A DNA stretch of 63,459 nt, counting the filler, from Thraustochytrium aureum (Eukaryota), in assembly GCA_012862495.1 (NCBI GenBank). It is 6 parts of 5 records of this genome, joined end to end, with 100 filler letters (N's around TTAATTAATTAA, not from the genome) between each part and the next. Parts side by side here need not be neighbours in the genome. Positions count along the whole stretch, not along the records: positions 55,180 to 60,631 come from BLSG01000132.1; positions 60,732 to 63,459 come from BLSG01000134.1; 4 more parts are not named here. One strand, 5' to 3'. The notes below the pieces were generated by a model, which saw only the letters and a list, made by a program, of their open reading frames with translations, ran no database searches and was not told where the DNA came from. Shown here piece by piece: positions 58,095 through 63,459 of the stretch; position 1 is the first letter of the stretch; each line of letters opens with the position of its first letter. The position numbers were made by a program, and so were the translations under genes.

Positions 58095-59672
58095 CTAATG
58101 GCTCGACGTGCCGAGGAGGGCGACTGCGCTCGAAGCGAGGCCGAGGAGGCAGAGCAGGAACGCGACGGCGCGCTCGAGCCGCATCTCGCCCTTCGGAATG
58201 ATGCACAGGAACGAGATCGAGGGAAGTGTGAGCGACAGGCTCACAGCAAAGATGGCCCCCGTAAAACTAATGATGAAGGAGAGCGACGGGATGATCGCAC
58301 CAACGGCGACAGCGCAAAAGGTGACGACGATGCCAACAAAGGCCCGAAGGGAAACCGAGGGCTTGTCGTCGCGGCTGCGCACCGAAGGAAACGCCGGGAG
58401 CGGAGCCTCGGGGTCGCTTCCGAGCGCGATGACGACGGGCTTGGCATGGGTGGCCTTCGAGCCGTTGCGAATGTGATGCAGGATGGCGGCGAGCTCGTTG
58501 ACGATGGGGTACAGCGTAGGGCCGTACGTGAGCACCATCTTGCTGATCATGAGCACCTGCCCTACGTAGTTGACGACCGTGCCTTTCGGCAGGTACCCGG
58601 TGGGCAGCGCCACGATTGCGTCCGGGCCGTACCCAGAAACGACAAAGGCGGCCAGGATCGAACAGCAGATGATCATCGCGGCATAGGTCCAGTTCACAAC
58701 TCGCATGCAATCCGCCTTGTTCTCGAAATCGTTGAAGATGGACGGGTAGACTGCGTGGCCAGCGAAGAGGAGCAGGATGCCGCCGTACGCACCGAGCACT
58801 TCCTTGACCTGGTCCCCCAGCAAGCCGAGCACGCTGGGCGCGGGCTCGCCCAAGGCCACCGCGCTCGTGCCAATGAGGAGGGCAAACGCGCCGACAAAGG
58901 AAATGATGCCAAAAAGCCCGGCAAAGCTGAGCAAGCGCGGGCTGAGCACCGCGTAGACCATCGCGCAAAGCAGAGCCGTGGTGATGCAGAGGCGCACGGC
59001 GTAGTCCATACCAGGCCGCAGGGCGAGCAGGGCCGCCTCCACAGACACTACAGAGAACAGGAGGTACATGAACAGCTCGAGGAGCTGAAAGATGCGGAAT
59101 GCGATGAGAACGACCTCTTCAGCGCGTTGCGTGCCGATGACGGCGCGCGCAGCGAGGCGGCCCATGTCGGCGTAGGTTCGCGCCTCGGGAAAGCGGACCA
59201 TGATCGTTGCGATAAAGCGCGCCGTAATCCAGGACATGATCGAGGCCCCGATCAGAATGGCGCTGCCGCCCAGCCAGCCTGAGCGGGACACTTGAAACGG
59301 GAACACGAGCACGGAGAAGCTCAGGTTGTAGTTGAGCGAGATGAGGAGGCCTTGCTTGAACGAGATTCCGCGCGCGGCAGCCGCTGCGCGCTCCTCCCTG
59401 CGGGCCTTGCGCTCGGCGGCCTTGCGGGTCTTGCGGTCCTTGGGGTCTTCGTCGCGGAGCTGCGTTTCGCGGTTGGCCCTCGCGAGGGCGTTGGCGTCGC
59501 CCGGGAAAGGGACCTCGAGGTCGACTGCAGATTGCTCGGCGGCGACTGCCGACGGGTCTGTGGCCGACGGGTCTGTGGCCACGGTGGACGTCTCGGAGAC
59601 CAAGTCATGTTGGTCGTTGAAGAACACGACTGGCGAGAATGCCACGAGCACGTCCTCGTCGACGTTGGACAT
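58095..59672 (-). CDS. Amino-acid transporter, AAAP/Aa_trans family (vacuolar AVT-like)
   Basis: About 11 hydrophobic segments; SGWLGG, TYADMGRLA, LFAGHAVYPSI, ISFTGA..LTLPS. Confidence 0.92.
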   Translation of the reverse strand: MSNVDEDVLVAFSPVVFFNDQHDLVSETSTVATDPSATDPSAVAAEQSAVDLEVPFPGDANALARANRETQLRDEDPKDRKTRKAAERKARREERAAAAARGISFKQGLLISLNYNLSFSVLVFPFQVSRSGWLGGSAILIGASIMSWITARFIATIMVRFPEARTYADMGRLAARAVIGTQRAEEVVLIAFRIFQLLELFMYLLFSVVSVEAALLALRPGMDYAVRLCITTALLCAMVYAVLSPRLLSFAGLFGIISFVGAFALLIGTSAVALGEPAPSVLGLLGDQVKEVLGAYGGILLLFAGHAVYPSIFNDFENKADCMRVVNWTYAAMIICCSILAAFVVSGYGPDAIVALPTGYLPKGTVVNYVGQVLMISKMVLTYGPTLYPIVNELAAILHHIRNGSKATHAKPVVIALGSDPEAPLPAFPSVRSRDDKPSVSLRAFVGIVVTFCAVAVGAIIPSLSFIISFTGAIFAVSLSLTLPSISFLCIIPKGEMRLERAVAFLLCLLGLASSAVALLGTSSH

Positions 59673-61144
59673 TGTTTCGGCGCGTTGCTTGTTTCGGCGA
59701 GCGGCTCAGAAGCGGGGCTCGAAGCGGTTCGAAGCGGGTCGCGTTGGAGCAGCTGATTGCAAACCAACCCTCGCGGGCTGGCGCTCGGTGTTGGATGATG
59801 AGATTGGGTTCTGGATGGCGCTCCAAGCCGACCCGAGGCGGTTTCCTGGTTTGTCAACCAAGGTGCGACTCGTGGTTGCTCTTGAGCGCCCATGTTGGTG
59901 GTGCTTCTCACCGAGCGAAAGGGCTGAGGAGTTGCGGGCGCGGGACGACGGCGGGCCTAGAAAAGCTAGCGATACGGTAGCTGTAGTTGATAGGTAGCAA
60001 GAACTAGCGATTCCATGCCGCGCGTGGCTCTGCCGCCTGCGAAACGACCCTCCGCAGCCTGCGGACCTGCCGTCACGAGCTCTCCTACCTCATTCTCATG
60101 AACGTGCTCGCTGCATCCAGTGGCGAGTGGAGAAAGAGAAAGCGAGAACCAACATGGATGGCAGCTTGCAGCCGTCCGTTGCACCGACCCGCAGCGCGGC
60201 GCAGCCTACGGGCAGGGAGGAGTCGACTCGCAGGTTTGAAGGAGACCGCTGCAGCTGCGATTGAACGACCCTCCTCTCAGCGGCGGCGCAGGGAGGAAGT
60301 AATGGAAAACCGTACTCGTTCGTACTAACACCAGGCTGCATTGCCTGCATCCAGGTTGGCGTCCACGACGACGACGGGGGCCAAGCGAAAAATCGCCACG
60401 CGAGGCCTACGCAAAAACGCTGCAATCGCCCCGAACCAGGCTTTCGCTGCTGCAGTTTTCAGCCTGCTGCCGGCAGCACGGGCTGCCCACAGCTGTGATG
60501 CGAGCAAGCGCTCGGAAAGACCTGAATGACTCGCCTCGAACACGGCAAGGCACCACCAGCCTTCAGGAGCCCAACGGCATCATCATCATCATCTTCATCT
60601 TCATCTTCATCATCAGCTTCACGTCACAGGTNNNNNNNNNNNNNNNNNNNNNNNNNNNNNNNNNNNNNNNNNNNNTTAATTAATTAANNNNNNNNNNNNN
60701 NNNNNNNNNNNNNNNNNNNNNNNNNNNNNNNCCTCGGCGGCCTGGTTCGATCCGCGCGGGATTCCGGCGATTTGCGGAAAGTTGGACCATCTCGGACGAC
60801 GCGGCAGGCACGCCGCGAGCCGCGCGGGGACGCAGCTCGACGCCACGGCGGACGAGGCGGCCGGAGGGTCACCTGCAGGACGCGGGTGCGGACCGCGACG
60901 CCCTGGGCTAGCGGCTGGTTTGCCCCCGGGTCGGGTGGAGGCGGTACGGAGTCGCCGACACGTTTTGCCGAAGAAACCGGGTCTTGAGCAGAGGAGCGCC
61001 GAGCTCGAAGCGCAGCGGCCGGCAGACCCTGATTGCGAACAGAGCTGACCGGGAAAGGAAAAGGCCTGACGAGCTTGGCCTGGCGAGCGGCGCGAGAAGG
61101 GCCGGAGCTCGACGGAGCAAGGGCGACCGAAAAACGGAGGGGCC

Positions 61145-62992
61145 ATGAGCGCGCTCCTGCGAGCAGTGAGCTCGCCAACCGACGGGAATGAGTTTCCAAG
61201 TATGATACAGCTCCGGGACGACCTCACGTGCCTGGGGCGAAGCAGAAAGCACTGCCACGTCTGCTTCACGTCGCGGCCCAAGGTCGTGTCAAGGCTGCAC
61301 GCGTCGCTTGTGCGCTCTGCGGGCTGCGGGACCTGGTCGGTGCGCGACGAGGGGAGCCTGAACGGTACTTACGTGAACGGCCGGGCGGTGACGCCGCGCG
61401 TCCTCACCCCGCTGCAGCCGGGCGACGTCATCAGCTTTGGCCAGGAGAGAACGATCGGCGGCAAGTTAAAGTACCGGCTCGAGATGATCGAGGACGAGGA
61501 CACGGACGTGGAGGAGGTCGAGGAGACCAACAGGGGCCACGCGGCAGGTGCTGCGCGTGAACCGCTCTCGCAGGGCTCTGACTTGGGCCACCCAGACCTG
61601 GCCTCCCTTAGCCTCGAGGCCAAGTCGGTGGAGGCTGCCGAAGTGCCGCTGCCACCAGCGTTAGCGATTTGCAACGCCGCCCCCGCCGCTGCAACGGGGG
61701 GCGCGAGCTGCAACTCCGTCTTCCCGTCCTGCGGTAGCGCGAGCCCCGCGTCGGCCATGTGCAGCGCCACAGAGTCTCTGGCCGCAACGGCGCGCTGCTT
61801 GAAGCGCTCCCGGAGCGCGTCGGCGAGCTGCCAGGCGCCCGAGAACGACTGCCCGTTCTCGTCGCTGATGCGGATCGTCAAGATGCACGCCAAAAAGCTT
61901 TGCCTCTCGGGCTGCAAGGGCAACCCAGAGGAGGTTATGGCCGCAGCGAGCGCAGCCTGCAACGCCGTGGCGCAGATTCGAAGCCACCATAGCGCCGGGT
62001 CTGTCCCAAGCGTGGCGCCCAAGTGCAACGCCGCGGGGGCCGCCGAAGACTGTGGAGCGTCGGCCCTCGATTGCGGCGACGCGGACAGCCCCGCGCCGCC
62101 GCTCGTCAGCCCCGCGCCGGATCTTATCAGGAGCTCGAGCGCGGCCAGCGCAGTTAGCTTTGCCTCCAAGATGCTCACCGACGACGAGGAGGGCCTCGTC
62201 GGCGCGTCGCCTTGCCAGATGGTTAGGTCCGGCGTGCCTTGCATCCCTCTGAGCGACCAGCAGTCTGTCGTCGGCTGCATCCCGCTCGTCAAGCCCGAGC
62301 ACGAGCCCGTGGCGGCCAAGGTGGTGAGCCAGATCGCACAGATGCACGAAGATCCCGACTCGATCGCGCACAGCTTGTCGCGCCGCATCAGCGAGCTACG
62401 CAGCGAGCTTACCTGCCCGATCTGCCAAGAGTCGTTCCTCCACACCAACACGCTCGAGTGCGGGCATTCGTTCTGCGAGCCGTGCGTCAACGCCTGGCTC
62501 TGCAAGTGCCTGAGCTGCCCGATCTGCCGCGCCTCGGTGGACAAGCCCCCCATCAGGTCTCGTACGCTCGACAAGGCGGTTGAGGTTACCCTGCGCAGCA
62601 ACAACCAGTCCGCGTGGCAGTCGCTCGAGGAGCGCCGCCTCCAGTACGAGGAGGACCTGCGAAAGGACCTCGAAACCAAGAACAAGCTCGAGGAGGCGCT
62701 CGACAAGGCGATGGGCAAAGGCCTTCGGTGTGTGCATATTGGCCGCCCCTGGAGCGAGCGCGAACAGTGTCGCTTCCTCAAGGGCCTCAAGTGCTACCGC
62801 GGGGCTCCGCGCGAGGCTTATTGCAAGAGCGTCTGTCTGACGCCATGCTTCGTGCAGCGAGCCTCGCTCAAGGACCTTGCTATAGCCGCGCGCAACGTGA
62901 GGTTGGGCTCGCGAAACCTCTCTGTGGACCCGAATCAGATGGATGCGGTGCAGCTTCGAAACCGACTCAACATGTTTCTCAAGTACTGCTGA
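61145..62992 (+). CDS. FHA- and RING-domain E3 ubiquitin ligase (RNF8/CHFR-like)
   Basis: FHA: LGRS, VSRLHA, SLNGTYVNG, LQPGDVISFG. C3HC4 RING: CPIC..CGHSFCEPC..CPICR, followed by a coiled coil. Confidence 0.9.
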   Translation: MSALLRAVSSPTDGNEFPSMIQLRDDLTCLGRSRKHCHVCFTSRPKVVSRLHASLVRSAGCGTWSVRDEGSLNGTYVNGRAVTPRVLTPLQPGDVISFGQERTIGGKLKYRLEMIEDEDTDVEEVEETNRGHAAGAAREPLSQGSDLGHPDLASLSLEAKSVEAAEVPLPPALAICNAAPAAATGGASCNSVFPSCGSASPASAMCSATESLAATARCLKRSRSASASCQAPENDCPFSSLMRIVKMHAKKLCLSGCKGNPEEVMAAASAACNAVAQIRSHHSAGSVPSVAPKCNAAGAAEDCGASALDCGDADSPAPPLVSPAPDLIRSSSAASAVSFASKMLTDDEEGLVGASPCQMVRSGVPCIPLSDQQSVVGCIPLVKPEHEPVAAKVVSQIAQMHEDPDSIAHSLSRRISELRSELTCPICQESFLHTNTLECGHSFCEPCVNAWLCKCLSCPICRASVDKPPIRSRTLDKAVEVTLRSNNQSAWQSLEERRLQYEEDLRKDLETKNKLEEALDKAMGKGLRCVHIGRPWSEREQCRFLKGLKCYRGAPREAYCKSVCLTPCFVQRASLKDLAIAARNVRLGSRNLSVDPNQMDAVQLRNRLNMFLKYC

Positions 62993-63042
62993 GTGCAGCT
63001 TCGAAACCGCCTCAACATGTTTCAAGTACTGCTGAGTGCAGC
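62948..63042 (+). repeat. Tandem duplication (45/43 bp) spanning the FHA-RING stop codon
   Basis: GTGCAGCTTCGAAACCG(A/C)CTCAACATGTTT(CT)CAAGTACTGCTGA twice. Confidence 0.9.
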
Positions 63043-63459
63043 GCGAAGGTGCCTCGACGTGTGACCGAGGGCCTTCCTGCCCGTTCGCGGGCGACTTTAT
63101 TACCTCTCGGCCCCGCGATGAGCCGGGCTCTGTGATCAAACCAAACTGACCGTGCTAAATCAACGTGATCTTGTCAATGCTCTTTACCTAACTAAAACCC
63201 TGTCGCGGGGACCTCGATCGGGTGAATCCTCACGGGGCAGGCCTGGGTCCTCTCCAGCGAGCCGCCTCAGTGGCCTCGGCGAGACCTCCCTGCTGTTTTG
63301 GGGTGCAGCCAACGCCGTTTCTTTCGCTTTTCTTTTCGAAGCGTAGAGTAGAGTAACACCCCGACCACATGGAGGACATCGAACAGGCAGGCAGCTCGCC
63401 CACGCATCGTCGGGCTCTGCATGCGATTTCCTGCAAGCAGAGTCGTCGCACCAGGCAAG

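Noticed and set aside
60741..60765. tRNA gene (GGTTCGATCC)
   Set aside because: The T-stem does not pair and there is no cloverleaf.

Overview
This is a gappy draft scaffold from a GC-rich, gene-dense eukaryote, not a prokaryote. The few short spliceosomal introns and the gene content suggest a stramenopile protist such as a labyrinthulomycete/thraustochytrid (inference). Five 100-nt N44-TTAATTAATTAA-N44 spacers are artificial, and many single-base frameshifts at homopolymers look like sequencing errors. Recognisable genes: an ARM/HEAT-like protein, an ER Fe/2OG dioxygenase (HDEL), a Myb/SANT-like protein, three heterotrimeric G-alpha subunits, SF3A2, a CHORD protein, MAF1, an RNI-like LRR protein, a Trf4/PAPD5-type poly(A) polymerase, a ZIP transporter, an EF-hand protein, the PKA regulatory subunit, a CDPK-like kinase, CEP192/Spd-2, a PDZ protein, DCC1, SMC5, an AAAP amino-acid transporter and an FHA-RING ligase. 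The most interesting observations are: (1) a 4-nt micro-exon needed to complete the CHORD domain; (2) a tandem pair of unrecognised genes built from an internally duplicated domain; (3) a stalked surface protein ending in a three-fold GDVxxxD repeat domain; (4) a dispersed modular repeat with Pol III A/B-box-like motifs lying near both of these unrecognised loci; (5) a CEP192/Spd-2 orthologue in an apparently non-animal genome; (6) a possible in-frame intron in the kinase activation loop. No CRISPR array, tRNA or rRNA gene could be supported.
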